From assembly GCF_001194135.2 (NCBI RefSeq), contig NC_069006.1, forward strand, positions 3,727,155 to 3,791,154: DNA of 64,000 nucleotides, read 5' to 3'. Of this stretch, positions 1-13,036 are shown in pieces. The notes below the pieces were generated by a model. It was given only the letters and a program-made list of their open reading frames with translations. It ran no database searches and had not been told where the DNA came from. The number at the start of each line of letters is the position of its first letter. The stretch's first letter is position 1. The stretch comes from Octopus bimaculoides. Lineage: Eukaryota. The position numbers and the translations under genes were made by a program.

Positions 1-340
1 CATTGCTGTACTCATTTCCCACCCTCACCTTACTGGCAGCATCTCTGTACATGGCTCGCACAGCTCTCACTAACCATTCTTCTATCCCAAGTTTCCTCAT
101 TGACCACCAGATAAGGGATCGGGGGACCCTGTCAAAGGCTTTCTCCATGTCAACGAAAGCCAGGTACAGAGGTTTATCCTTAGCTAGGTATTTCTCCTGC
201 AGCTGTCTCACTAGAAATAAGGCATCAGTAGTGCTTTTACCTGGCACGAACCCAAACTGCATCTCATCTAAATTGATTCGCTCCCTAATTAGTTGGGCTA
301 TGACCCTCTCTGTAACTTTCATAACCTGATCTAACAGCTT
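1..340 (-). mobile_element. RTE-clade LINE reverse transcriptase fragment, uninterrupted frame, runs off the window edge
   Basis: Minus-strand translation KLLDQVMKVTERVIAQLIRERINLDEMQFGFVPGKSTTDALFLVRQLQEKYLAKDKPLYLAFVDMEKAFDRVPRSLIWWSMRKLG...; contains the QFGF and FVDMEKAFD RT motifs; no stops. Confidence 0.93.
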
Positions 341-414
341 ACATACATAATGTATCTACGTTAGATAGGGGAGAGGGACTATAGACATACATGAAACAAT
401 ATTATTGTCTATGT

Positions 415-660
415 GACATCCAGAACATAAATTAGCACGAAATTTTCAAGGGAGGTATTTAGATCACTTTGGTGTTCTCGTTACCATATTTCTGCTTAAA
501 TGCACTACCATTTGTTTCAATTAATTATGGAAATAATGAAGTTTTGTCATTATCAAACTGATGCTTGTCACAAAAGTTTTGAAGAAGTTTACTTTAAAAC
601 AAGGAGTTTGTATCATAGAAACTGAGACAGTCTCATACAGGTTAGTACCAAAAGGGTTAA
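415..660 (+). mobile_element. piggyBac-like MITE family 1, partial copy
   Basis: Ends GTACCAAAAGGGTTAA. Other partial copies at ~19540-19845, ~26860-27125, ~29830-30038, ~44983-45100, ~50955-51240 and ~62453-62585. Confidence 0.75.
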
Positions 661-955
661 ACAAGAAACAAAAACTATAAACACCTGCTCTATTGCTCCT
701 CTATTGCCCCTTTTGACCATAGTACCCATATGCTGCCATTTTCTATCACTGCATTTCAACATTGTCAATGCTTCATATTCATGTACTGGCCTCATTAACC
801 ATCTACATTGGACTACTTTATAAAGAGTAGCTTTAGGAATAACTGTCCCTGTCTGGCCTACAAAAGCAAGTGAGCTTGGACATCTCTGATCTACATCTCA
901 CTAGAGACAAGGAGATATGACTCAGTGTTAGAGATTACAGATGTGTACATAGGCA

Positions 956-987
<32 letters not shown>

Positions 988-2365
988 NNNNNNNNNNNNN
1001 NNNNNNNNNNNNNNNNNNNNNNNNNNNNNNNNNNNNNNNNNNNNNNNNNNNNNNNNNNNNNNNNNNNNNNNNNNNNNNNNNNNNNNNNNNNNNNNNNNNN
1101 NNNNNNNNNNNNNNNNNNNNNNNNNNNNNNNNNNNNNNNNNNNNNNNNNNNNNNNNNNNNNNNNNNNNNNNNNNNNNNNNNNNNNNNNNNNNNNNNNNNN
1201 NNNNNNNNNNNNNNNNNNNNNNNNNNNNNNNNNNNNNNNNNNNNNNNNNNNNNNNNNNNNNNNNNNNNNNNNNNNNNNNNNNNNNNNNNNNNNNNNNNNN
1301 NNNNNNNNNNNNNNNNNNNNNNNNNNAAGCGATGAAAATATTTTGGCAAATTAAATTTAAATGTTGAAGTGAATTTAACGGTTTTTGTGTGTTTTTAAAT
1401 GGCTTACAAAACGCTTTCCACAATGCAATCGTTTTTGTTTCAGTACACGATCTCAGATCAGGTCATTTACTATGCAAGTACATCTCTGTAACATATATAT
1501 ATATAAGGTGTTTGACTCATTTGCATAGGAAATATGGTAGGTTTTAGGAAAATGTTGGTGTTGTTTTGCCCCAAGTCAGCTCTGGTCAATCAAAGACACT
1601 TTAGTAATTTCCATCCCGTTTCTCCAGACATTTACCCTTCCTGCTTCCCCCCTACTTTTATCAAATACTGACAATAGTGATTTTTAGAACTGGGGCTGCC
1701 TTTTTTAATAGACTAAACGACTATATGAGACTCCTGTAGTGGCCTCGTATTACACCCAACCACTGGAAGAACAGGTAAGACAATGTAGTCCAAGATAGAT
1801 AATGTCTGAAAAAGGGAGGCTCCTGTAGTGTTATTGTAAATGTGTTTGGAAGTGCAACAGCAAGTACTGTAAGGGCTTCAATTGGCTGAAGCAACAAACT
1901 GTGTCCTTCACATGTCCATCAGAATTTTCAGGCTATTGTTTAGCCAAAGTTCAGTCTTAATTAAACATATCTACAATCAAAAGATACTAAGATATAGTAC
2001 ATCGAGGCGTGCCTCAAGCATAGTATATTGAAGATTAAATTAGCTAATGATATTGTTTCCTTTATAAGGCAGTAGGATGTGACTGCTTTTTCTAGCAATT
2101 TCAATGACAGTGCACCTCCACCCATTACATGTGGGCAGATTAAAACTTCATCATTGCAGGTTTAAAAAGGGAGTCATAAGAATAAATTTATTTCTAATAA
2201 TAATAATATGCTAGAAAGAAAAAAGATAGTCACAGCTATCATTGGTGAGTTGGCACAACCCAACACATGTATGTATGCATATAACATGTGGGACATGATG
2301 CAGCTCTGTGGTTCACTGAATCCTGTGTGTGTGGAGGTGGGGGGGGGGGGAANNNNNNNNNNNNN

Positions 2366-2405
<40 letters not shown>

Positions 2406-3549
2406 GTGCATGTTGGTGTTTAATACATATATGGAGAGGGAGAGATGGGGGTGGGCAAGAACGCTAAGTAGAATTTCGAGGATATCGTCGCAACTCAAGC
2501 AAATATATAAAGTAGACTGTTGAGCACATTGTCACAAAGAAAAACATGACAAATCCATGTTTTATATAAAGTCAGCCCAGACTGGATTTGAACTTAGAAT
2601 ATAAGGAAACATGCACAATGCATCCTGACAGCCACTTTACTGTTTCTGACATCGACCGCTCAAGAATAATAAGGGATTACCAATTAGAACAATGTATCAA
2701 ATAATTAAGTAGTTGACTATTGTATGACTAACTTTGTAGTTATGGTAACTTAGATTGGAGAGAGGGGGGGATCAATAATTATGGGGAGGGGGTAAAATTT
2801 GGGTTCTCTTTTTAATTAAGTAAGAGGAAATGGAGAAATAGTGACTAATATCTTTGATGATAACCAATTTTGCAAAAACAAAAAATGATTGGTGACTTTT
2901 TTTTTTTTTTTCTCCACAATCAAGTTTTTTACATCACCCAATAGCTCCCACCATCACCATCATACACATACATCAGCCTCTAACCCTCATCCACCATCAC
3001 CCCCCAAATACATGAGCCATGACTGCCATCAACCCCCCCCCCCCGTAATTAGGTGTTCCATATAATGTGTAATACAAAAAAATAGTTTCATTACCATTTA
3101 TCCCCTGTAAAATGTGAAGTAAGATACTGCCTCTGAATGTTGTCACCAAATTAACACATTAATTAACCCTGTTACACTCAAAGATGCAAAGTTACAGCAA
3201 AATCCGCTGGAGGGAAGGAGAGGGGCAAATTAGAGCAACACTGTCACAACCTTATATTAAATACCAACTCTTCTTCAATGTTTGTCATCATTTTAACATC
3301 CACTTTTCCATGCTCGCATGAGTTGGCTGGAATTGATTGAGGCAGATTTTATAGTTCACCAATTAAAGACAGAATCAGTAAAGTGCCAAACAGTTATGTC
3401 ATTTCTCTTAATAACCAAACTCTTATGATCTATTATTATCACTTTTACGAAGTTTATTCTCACTCACCGCTGCCTACATTCAGCCTTCATCAATTCTTCC
3501 CATATCTTCCTCATTTCATTTCTTTCTACCCTTTACACACACCCTCCAC

Positions 3550-3690
3550 ATTCAATACTCATTTCTCATACCAAGCAACATCATGCTTTTTACACAAGCA
3601 TCATATAATCTGCCTTTCACTCAAAGGGACAATCCCTTCATTGCCAGCAAAGGTAATAGTTCCTGGAACGTTTTCTACCCTATTCTTATC
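3550..3690 (-). mobile_element. Decayed RTE LINE ORF2 C-terminal fragment
   Basis: Minus translation RIG*KTFQELLPLLAMKGLSL*VKGRLYDACVKSMMLLG matches the post-RT RTE motif (LYDACV..MLHGSETW type). Confidence 0.8.
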
Positions 3691-3919
3691 AAGTCTTCAA
3701 AACACACACACACACGGTTTCCATCAACTAAATTCATCCACAAGGCATGGTTCAACCTGAGAACACTTGCCAAAGGTGCAGCACAGTGGGACTGAACCCC
3801 TAAGCCAAATGGTTGCAAAGCAAACTTCTTAACCACACAGCCATGCCTGTACCTTTTCTATTCGTACATTGAGAGCACTCTAGCCACTGCTAATTAGGTC
3901 ACCTAGGTAACAGAAGCCA

Positions 3920-4300
3920 TCAAAGACGAACGAAATGCCACTAAACATTTTGTCCAGCATGCTAACAATTCTGCCAGCTCATTACCTTAGTAATAATAAT
4001 AATAATCTTTTCTACTATTGGCACAAGGCCTGAAATGGGGGGGGGGGCGCCTTGGTGATATCATCAACCTAATACTCGACTAGTACTTATTTCATCAGCC
4101 CCAAAAGGATGAAAGGTAAAGTTAACCTCAGCAGAATTTGAAATCAGAATGTAAAGACACACAAAAAATGCTGCTAAGTATTTTACTTGGCATGCCTACA
4201 ATTCTGCCAGCACACCACCTCAGCAGCAGTTTCTAATTAAGGCACAAGGCCAGCAATTTTGAGGGTAGGGGATAAGTTGATAGTGTTGGCCCCAGTATTC
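3920..4300 (-). mobile_element. Tandem Nin-type SINE copies
   Basis: Reverse-oriented heads (ATTCTGCCAGC) at ~3970 and ~4205, with (AAT)n between copies. Confidence 0.75.
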
Positions 4301-7300
4301 AGCTTTCTGATGATGATGATGATGACAGCAACAACAAAGATAAATGATTATGATGATGATTATTTATAATTAGCACAAATAACAGGTGGGGGGGATATTA
4401 CAGGGACAAGTTATAGAAAGAGTGGAGATTTACAAACAAGAAAATTGAAAGATTGAAAACAAAAAACAAAAAAAACAGGGTGGGAATAGCATAGAAATCT
4501 ATCAGAAAATTCTCCAGAAAAGACAACCATCTGTCACCTAGGAGCCAAGATTACCTTGATTATTAGCAGCTAAATCCATCCATACAGGTGATGAAATGGA
4601 TCCTCTGTTACTTTCAGTTGTTCATTGAATCAACCATCTCATTAATTCATGTTTTTAAGTGACTCAGCATTACATAGACATCTATTAATTGATTCAGTCA
4701 TTGGACTGCAGCCATCGCACTTACCTTCTCCAATTGTTTTGTCAGGATACTGTTCTGGAGAGGACTTGTCCAACCAATGCAAACATGAAAAAGCAGACAT
4801 AAGAATGATGTGTGTATCATCATCATTTTAACATCCACTATTCTATGCTTGCATGGGCCAGACAGAGTTTACCGAGGCAGATTCTCTATGGCCAGATGCA
4901 TTTCGTGATGTTAAATCCTCACCTGTTTCCAAGCAAGGTAATATTTCCCCATAGCTAGGTATGTCTCCATGGAAGGCTTGGAAATGAATAACACTGCTTG
5001 TATGAAAATGACACAGATAGATGCATATGCATCAGGCTTCTTTCAGTTTCTGTCTACCAAATCCACAAGGCTTTTGTTGGCCATGTGCGTGTGTGCTTGT
5101 AAGAGCAATGTCCTAGCTGTTATAAGCAATAGTACCATTCCAAATATAAAAACAACAACACTGTAATGTAGGTGACATTTAAAAAGAGACCAGAACTGAT
5201 TATTGACTAAATGACTCAAATGACAAGAATTAACTTTATTCATTACTTCACAGAAGCAGCTGATGTAGCTGGAGATCAAATCCAGCATATTTACAAAACA
5301 TTATGTAGTTTTGTTTGAAAATAAGTAACAAACAATTGCTACTATCTTGTCAAAATAATGCTTTTACCATTTTCCTTTTACTTGTGTCAATCATTAGGCT
5401 ATGGCTAAGCTGGGGGCATTGCCTTGAAGGGTGTAGTTGGACAAATTGATTCCAGTACATATTTTAATGTTTGGTACTAATTCCATTGGTCTCTTTTGTC
5501 AAACCAGCATTGGCTATGAAATGGTGGTAGGAAATATACATAAAGACACACAAAAAAAACACAGTTTCCATCTACCAGAATCACTCATAAGCCATTGGTC
5601 TTGATTCAGGGTTAGAGTGAAATCACTTGCCCAAGGAACCAAGCAGTGGGACTGAAACTGGAACCACAGGGCTGCAAAGCGAGCTTTTTAGCAACACAAC
5701 CATGTCTAATGACATAGATTGGGCCACACAGCCATGTAAAGCATTCCAAAAATTTGCACCTCACAGAAATAGAGAGGCTGGAGTGATGTTGATTACAAAT
5801 GTCAACAATGTAGCTGTGTAAAGAATGGGATACTTGGGTCACTGGCACATGACTGAGGGCAGTGTAAATAAGGGATTCAGCTAAGACATTAAGNNNNNNN
5901 NNNNNNNNNNNNNNNNNNNNNNNNNNNNNNNNNNNNNNNNNNNNNNNNNNNNNNNNNNNNNNNNNNNNNNNNNNNNNNNNNNNNNNNNNNNNNNNNNNNN
6001 NNNNNNNNNNNNNNNNNNNNNNNNNNNNNNNNNNNNNNNNNNNNNNNNNNNNNNNNNNNNNNNNNNNNNNNNNNNNNNNNNNNNNNNNNNNNNNNNNNNN
6101 NNNNNNNNNNNNNNNNNNNNNNNNNNNNNNNNNNNNNNNNNNNNNNNNNNNNNNNNNNNNNNNNNNNNNNNNNNNNNNNNNNNNNNNNNNNNNNNNNNNN
6201 NNNNNNNNNNNNNNNNNNNNNNNNNNNNNNNNNNNNNNNNNNNNNNNNNNNNNNTGGCTGAAAATTAGTGAGTTTTAGCCTTTAAATTATCCCAAGTCTT
6301 CTAGATTCCCTTCACTAATAACTCAGCAACGTTAATGGTCAAAATTGTTTCAATCCCCTGTATAGTCACATAGGCCCCTAAGGGCCAATATCAACCACTT
6401 TGCTGACCCTTGAATATAAGGTAAATATAGTATTAGCTAATATGTAAGTCTTAATTAATCATTGGTACTGATCAAAGAGACATTTAGAAGGGGGGGGGGG
6501 GTTTAAAACTAGTTGAGAGTGAATAAAAGATGAACATTAAGGGGAATGAGATTCCTGGGGTTCCTGCTTCTCAAGTTGGTATCAGACATACTCTAGAGAC
6601 ATATCAGAACACTCGCATTCAAATCTCTTAATAGATTCATTTTATAAGATTTGAAACAGGAGAACGACAGGCTTTAAACCAAGAAAAAAGATTTAATACC
6701 ACAAAATATTTGGTTTCTGTAAAGGCAAAATATTCATTTTCATCTAATTAACGATGATAATTCTTTTTAAAATGTATCAAGATAAATTACCATCATCATC
6801 ATAATTTGACATCCATGTTCTGTGCTGGCATGGGTTGCATGGTTTGATGTGATCCAATGGACACAAGGACTGCATTGTGTTCCAGTGTCTGCTTCAACAG
6901 AGTTTCTACAGTTGGATGCCCTTCTTAATACTAACTACTTTACAAAATGTATTGGTTGGGTTTTTTTTTTCATGCCACCAATTGCCATCTATCTTGCAAG
7001 ATTATGAACCTAAAGGGACGGCTTTATGCTAGGAGATAAGAGGTACAAAATGAAGATGAAAAATATCATGTAAACTAAGAGTAAATCATTAGAAAGTTTC
7101 TTTCATAACCATGTGGTTCAGACGGTGATATTACTGCACAGCACTTACTGAAGTCCCTTCTACGTATGACCTCCCACTGATCAATGCCTTGTGAATAGAT
7201 TTGAGTAAACAGAAACTGTACTGAAGCCCACCAGTGTGTGTGTGTGTGTGTGTAAGAGAGACAAAGAAAGAATTATATCACCCTTAAAAAAAAAAAACCA

Positions 7301-8538
7301 ATGTTCTGACAAAAAAAAAAATTACTCAGCCATTGAATAGGATAGGAATCACCAAAATTTGATATAAATTGACTAAACCCACAAAACGGTGCCCCAGAAT
7401 AAACTGCATGTGTATGTGCGCATACATGCACACATACTTTGCAGGATGTTTTATCAACAGAAGAACAAGAATCTAGACACATCAGAATTGTTTTTGTGTC
7501 CCACTGAAAACTAATGACTCTAGATGCAGCTTAGCTGTTCTCAAGATGAAACAACTTCAAAGTTGTTTGTAAAGTTTGTAATTTCATACAAGAGACTAAT
7601 CAAGATAGGAAACACCAATTTACAAAAAGATAATATTCTGGTACTTCACTCAGACATGTTGGCATAAATGGGAATATTCCACAACAAATTATTCTATTTA
7701 TTTCTCTACAAGCTGCACTATTTTATATTTGATATTAACAGAAAAATTGGGGTGCAACTTATACAAATGGTAAAGCTAAAACTATGAAGGAAAAATGTTT
7801 TGCACCAACACTGAACATTAAATAGGGGTGGACTTATACACAACTAAACATGGTATCTTGGGTAGGGAAGCCAGTGAGGGAGCCTCTACATGATTGCTTC
7901 ACCTACCACAAAAGTTAAATTTCCCTCGAATCACATGCCACTAGCTTACAAAAAAGAACATATTGGATAATGTGGTCATGGATTTCTTACACACAGTAAA
8001 GAGATGAGATGGCCATGGGTAGAATACTTGTTCAATCGGAGCTAACCTGGGACTAAATAACATTTATCTAGAGTAGAAACCTAAAACCAAACTCATTATT
8101 TGTCTTATTTTCTGTTTCCTCTGAAAATGATACAATGTTAGAATTCTTTACTGATTCAAGTTTGATGTAAAACACACTAGTCGTTACCCAGGCACAATGT
8201 TCACAGCGTGGGTGCACATGTGCTCACTAAACATCAGTAGAAATGTGGTCACAACACCATCACCCATACCCTACAGAAATTTCCTAGCAACATCAATACA
8301 AATACCAAATGCATTTTATCAATTTTGGGGCTGTTTCACCTTATCTACAGATGTGTGCATGCATTTATCACTACTGTGTTCACATAAGGTATCGCTTTGT
8401 CTTTCATATCTCCATAATCATAATAACACGAATACTAATTTTCTTTAATTTGCCCTTAAGGGCTCAAGATGTTTGGAAACAATACAAAGGTGAAATAGAA
8501 AAAGGAAACCAAGAAATGGTGAGGCAGGAAGTTACATG

Positions 8539-8575
<37 letters not shown>

Positions 8576-9949
8576 CTAATGAGTTAACCAATAGCAGTGA
8601 AGACACATTAACAATTAATAGCAACAAAGAACCACAAAACAGGTAAAGATCATCTAAAATGAGGGGCAGGAGCAAACAGAATAATTCAAAGCATTTTATG
8701 TCCAACAACAGATTATCTTTATACACCAAACAAGTGTCGTTTTTATTTTCTTGCCACAAAAAGTCACACTATTAATGTAGGCTAATTTAACCGTATTAAT
8801 TTAACTAGTACCTCCCCCACCCCCATCCCTCTTTCTCTCTTACTTTTCTCTTCAAGTGGTACTTGAAGTATCATATTTGATGGCATAAAAGACCCACTCC
8901 ATTTTCAGGAGTATGAATGCAGTACTAAACTTTGAGACCATTTTTTTATCATCATCATCATCATCATTAACGTTTTAGCATTCAAATTATTCTGTCAAAT
9001 GTCATTTTTATTTATTCACATTGTTTTGAATTAATCATGCATTAGCTTGTAGCTTCAAGATTTTCATAATGTGATTGTTTATTTTTAGAAGGACATTGTA
9101 GGGTAGGTGCGAGAGGTTGGAACTGACTGGTTTGACCACAGAAAGATGGAAAAATCTTCGGTGTGTCAGACAAAATGCTAATTAGTGGTATTTCTTTCAG
9201 TTCTTTACATTCTGAGTTCAAATACCACCAAAGTCGACTTTGCCTTTCATCCTCACGGGGTAAATAAAATAAAGTATCAATCAAATACTGGGGTTGATGT
9301 AAATCTAATTAACTAACTCCCCTGGCCCTAAAATTGCTGGCCTTATACCAAATTTTGAAACAGTTATTATTAATATTATTATCATCATCATCATCATTGG
9401 TTTTCAGTCATACCAATCCAGACTGTTACAATGAAACATAGGAATTGAGTATGTCCTTTACAACATTAAATAAGTTATAACATTAATAGCGCGCGCGCGT
9501 GCGTGTGTGTGTGTGTAGATGTATACACAGGGGGAATGGGCAAAAGAAAGCAGGTAGTGAAACAACACACTGTTGTTGTTGTTATTAATATATGTTGCAA
9601 CTGGCAATAATTAAATCAGAAATCTGTATGTGCTGATCAATAAATGGACGATGGAGAAAATAGAATCAGAGAGAAGAGATTTAAGCAGGCCATTGGAATC
9701 TGTCCAAGTATCTGCATGTGGTGGTGGTGGCAGCCAGTAGTTCTGATGATGGCAGACAATGAAGCCTTGGAATCCAACCACAAGTGCAGAGGAGGAGGGT
9801 GGTGGTGGTGGCAGTAGGTTATCAAAGGCATATGCACATATAGACATGCACATACACACAATATATAGATATATAATGCATGTAATATGTACATGCACAC
9901 ATGCATGTGTACATGGGCATACATACATACAGTGTGTGTGTGCGTGTGT

Positions 9950-10024
<75 letters not shown>

Positions 10025-10705
10025 ATCAATAGTTTTAATCAACATTACACACTAAGTTTGCATGATATCTAGAATCCATGCCATGACTACAATAGGAGAC
10101 CTGATAAAACAGCTGTTGTTACAAGCTGTGACCAACCCCATCAAACATTGTCATAGACTAGCCACGAAATACGTAACATACTTTCACTGATTAAAAAACA
10201 AAAAAATGAAAGATATAAAAACAAAATAACCACAATTTCCTCAACAAATGACATAACTAAAACCTGAATTTGCTGCACGACAAGACAAGTGAGATGGTGG
10301 TGGGGGCTAATGACGACGATGATGATGATGATGATGATATCAGCAGTAGCTTGGCTTAAGTAGGGTGCAGCAGTTGTGGCAGGATAAAGATAAAGGCTAA
10401 CGAAGAGAGGAGGGTGCAGTGGTTATTGAGAAACAACATCAGATATTATCAATGGTAATAAGAAAATTTCAGGCCATTAATATTTCAGTAGAAAAGTTGT
10501 TATTGCCAACAGTTTGAGAAATATTTACTAAAATAAACACAAAGAGTCGGGTAGTAATTAGGTGGAAGCCACAAATCACAAAAGAACACTGAACTTTCAT
10601 ACTTCTTTCTTCTTTGTCTGGAGTCAAACTTGGTTTTAGATAGGCAGTGGGGGGGGGGGGTCTTTGTTTAGTGCAAGAGACCAAAGTCAATACAGTTAAT
10701 ATATA

Positions 10706-10737
<32 letters not shown>

Positions 10738-10929
10738 GTACAACAAATGTGTGTTTGTAATTTGTCTGAAGTACAGTTAGCATATATGTCTGCAGTTCTT
10801 TAATACATATATATTTATATATGCATACGTGTGTGTGCGTGTGCGTGCGCACACACTGTAGTATAGTTAATATACCGATAATATATACATGTAATACAGT
10901 TCCATTTCACCACCTACTTATGGTACCTT

Positions 10930-12830
10930 GCCATGCCATTTCTTTTTGGAAGTTCAGCTTTCAGCATTTCTGTGAATGACTTGAGGCCCTTTCTATTTAT
11001 AAATACTAGAAATTCTTCAACAAACTACCATCCTTCATACACATCACAACCTCACACTCTCCTCTCTTTGACACATCTGATTCCTTTTATACCTCTCTCT
11101 CTCTCCCTCTCAGCAGCTCAATGGTGTCCTGTCACACATATACACTGACAGGATACATCTTGCAGTACCAGATTCACTTAATTTCTTCCTAGCTAGCCTC
11201 TGTAGCCCCCACATTCATTGCTCATGTTTCACAACCATGCAATAATGTACTTTGAACACATGCATCATACAATTACTCTTTATTCAGAAAGGGAAAGAGA
11301 GGGAGAGGGAGAGATAGGGGGAGACACAGAGTCAGACAGAGAAAATCGTTTTGTGTTAGTAGCCAAGTAAATAGCTTCCTCAAATTTTCCCACCCTGTTC
11401 TTACTCTGGCTACTACATCCTCTGCTAATTAGTCACCTAAAAATAACAGAAACCATTAACTACTTCTATGAAGCTTTTCAACCATTTCAAAGAGAGTTTA
11501 TTTCCTGGGTACCCCTCTTATTGTTAACTACTCCTCTTTATCTATCGGCCAATTATGAAGTCTTTCATCTCTGTCACCACTACCTGTGAGTCCACTATTC
11601 CTGTTGAGCACCCACAGTTTACAAAGGTAGGTGTACAGAATCCATACTTATTCTTTTCTTGTTTTCATATTAAACATGGCCACTTTCCAGATGCCAGTCA
11701 AGTTCTGATACCTTCACCTTTTGCTAAGTTTGCTTGGAGGATTCTTAATTCAAGGCTTTGGTTCCACATTTGGAATTTCTTCTCAAAACTTTCAACAGAT
11801 TATTCAACTATAAAAATTAGGTCATCAGCTAGATTCCTTGCTGAACTCGTCCACTCTCAACTTGCAGACAGCATCTCTCAACTAACTTTCTTAGCAACCA
11901 TCAAACAACATACAGACTGACATTCTGTCAAAGGTTTTCTCTATGTCAATGAATACTAAAGTATAGTTAAGATCTTCTGCAGTTATCTCACAAAGAAGTA
12001 GGTACTGGTGAGAATTTGCCCTGGTACAAACCTAAACCACAACTCATCTCAGCTAATGCTCTTCTTAATCTGATGTATTAAGCCTTCGAATTTGATGCTT
12101 CCATATGACCCTTCCCTGTACCACCTGATGGGCTATGCCAATGACTGGCTCATCTCATCTTCTAGAGAATATATTCAGCATTTCCACAACTATTCCTGGT
12201 GGTCCAACTGCTTTGCCAGCTTTCATACCCTCAATCACATTTTCAACAATATAGCTACGATACACTTCAGTGGCTGGTCACTCCATCAAATATAGTTGGG
12301 ACAGTCTCTCATTCCTTCATGCTTTCTTCTCATTCAGCACTGCTCATAACATTTCTCAACTCCAATATCTTCTTGATGCTTGTAAGGTCAAGTGCACTAA
12401 TGTAACTCTACACTGACACTACTTTGCAATCCAGAATACCCCACTTTTCTTCACGGAACACTGGCTCACCTCATATCTTCAACTTTTCTATGTGTTTAGT
12501 ATTCCTGATGCCTAGTTTTTCTTCTACCCACCTCTGCCTTCTTTCAATTTTCCAACACGTGTCTCCTAGCATTAATGACTTCATCTCCACCATCATTCCA
12601 TCACAATATCACTTCCTGCCTGACTAAAATATTGCACCAAAAACACATCTCTTCTGTGACTTGCAGTAAGTTGTTTCACAGAAATTCCCAAATGTTTTTC
12701 TATGCTATACCCTCCTCAATCAAAAAGGTGTCACCTGTAACTTCCTCGAACCTCCAGCTAGCAATTTCTTTTCCCAGATTGCCTTATATTTTTGGTTTCA
12801 TCTAGTTACTATTCAGATGTTACTCATCGT
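10930..12830 (-). mobile_element. Heavily decayed, internally deleted RTE LINE ORF2
   Basis: Minus-strand motifs in the expected order: GKAVGPPGIVVE (~12200), FIDIEKTFDR (~11940), ADDL (~11825), GKWPC...CKLWVLNRNSG (~11600-11690), EVVNGFCY..GD..VARVRTGWENLRKL (~11400), YDACVQSTLLHGCET (~11240). Many stops and frameshifts; ends approximate. Confidence 0.85.
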
Positions 12831-13036
12831 GAATTTCTGTCACGTCACAATCACAACCAGAGGGAAAAAAGATTGGTATGCATGAAAATTTATTCAGTAA
12901 AACTTTTTTTTTATATGCAGACATTTTTTTTCTATTCATACACTTTTCAGTAATATGTGATTCTCTTTCTTCTTCTTCGTTTTGTGTGAAACTCACCTTG
13001 TGATTAAATGCTACAAATTGGGGTGGGGGGGATAAG

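Noticed and set aside
1327-1345. Hammerhead-ribozyme half-site (..GCGATGAAA) of a Penelope-like element
   Set aside because: The other half would lie in the gap, so the catalytic core cannot be seen.
891-1423. Long ORFs through N-gaps (also 18332-18901, 24772-25903, 45970-46486, 58129-58482)
   Set aside because: Open only because N codons translate as X; the flanks are microsatellites.
7549-7568. Short hairpins (also ~40075-40091 and ~52572-52607)
   Set aside because: Stems of 8-15 bp in AT-rich DNA are expected by chance.
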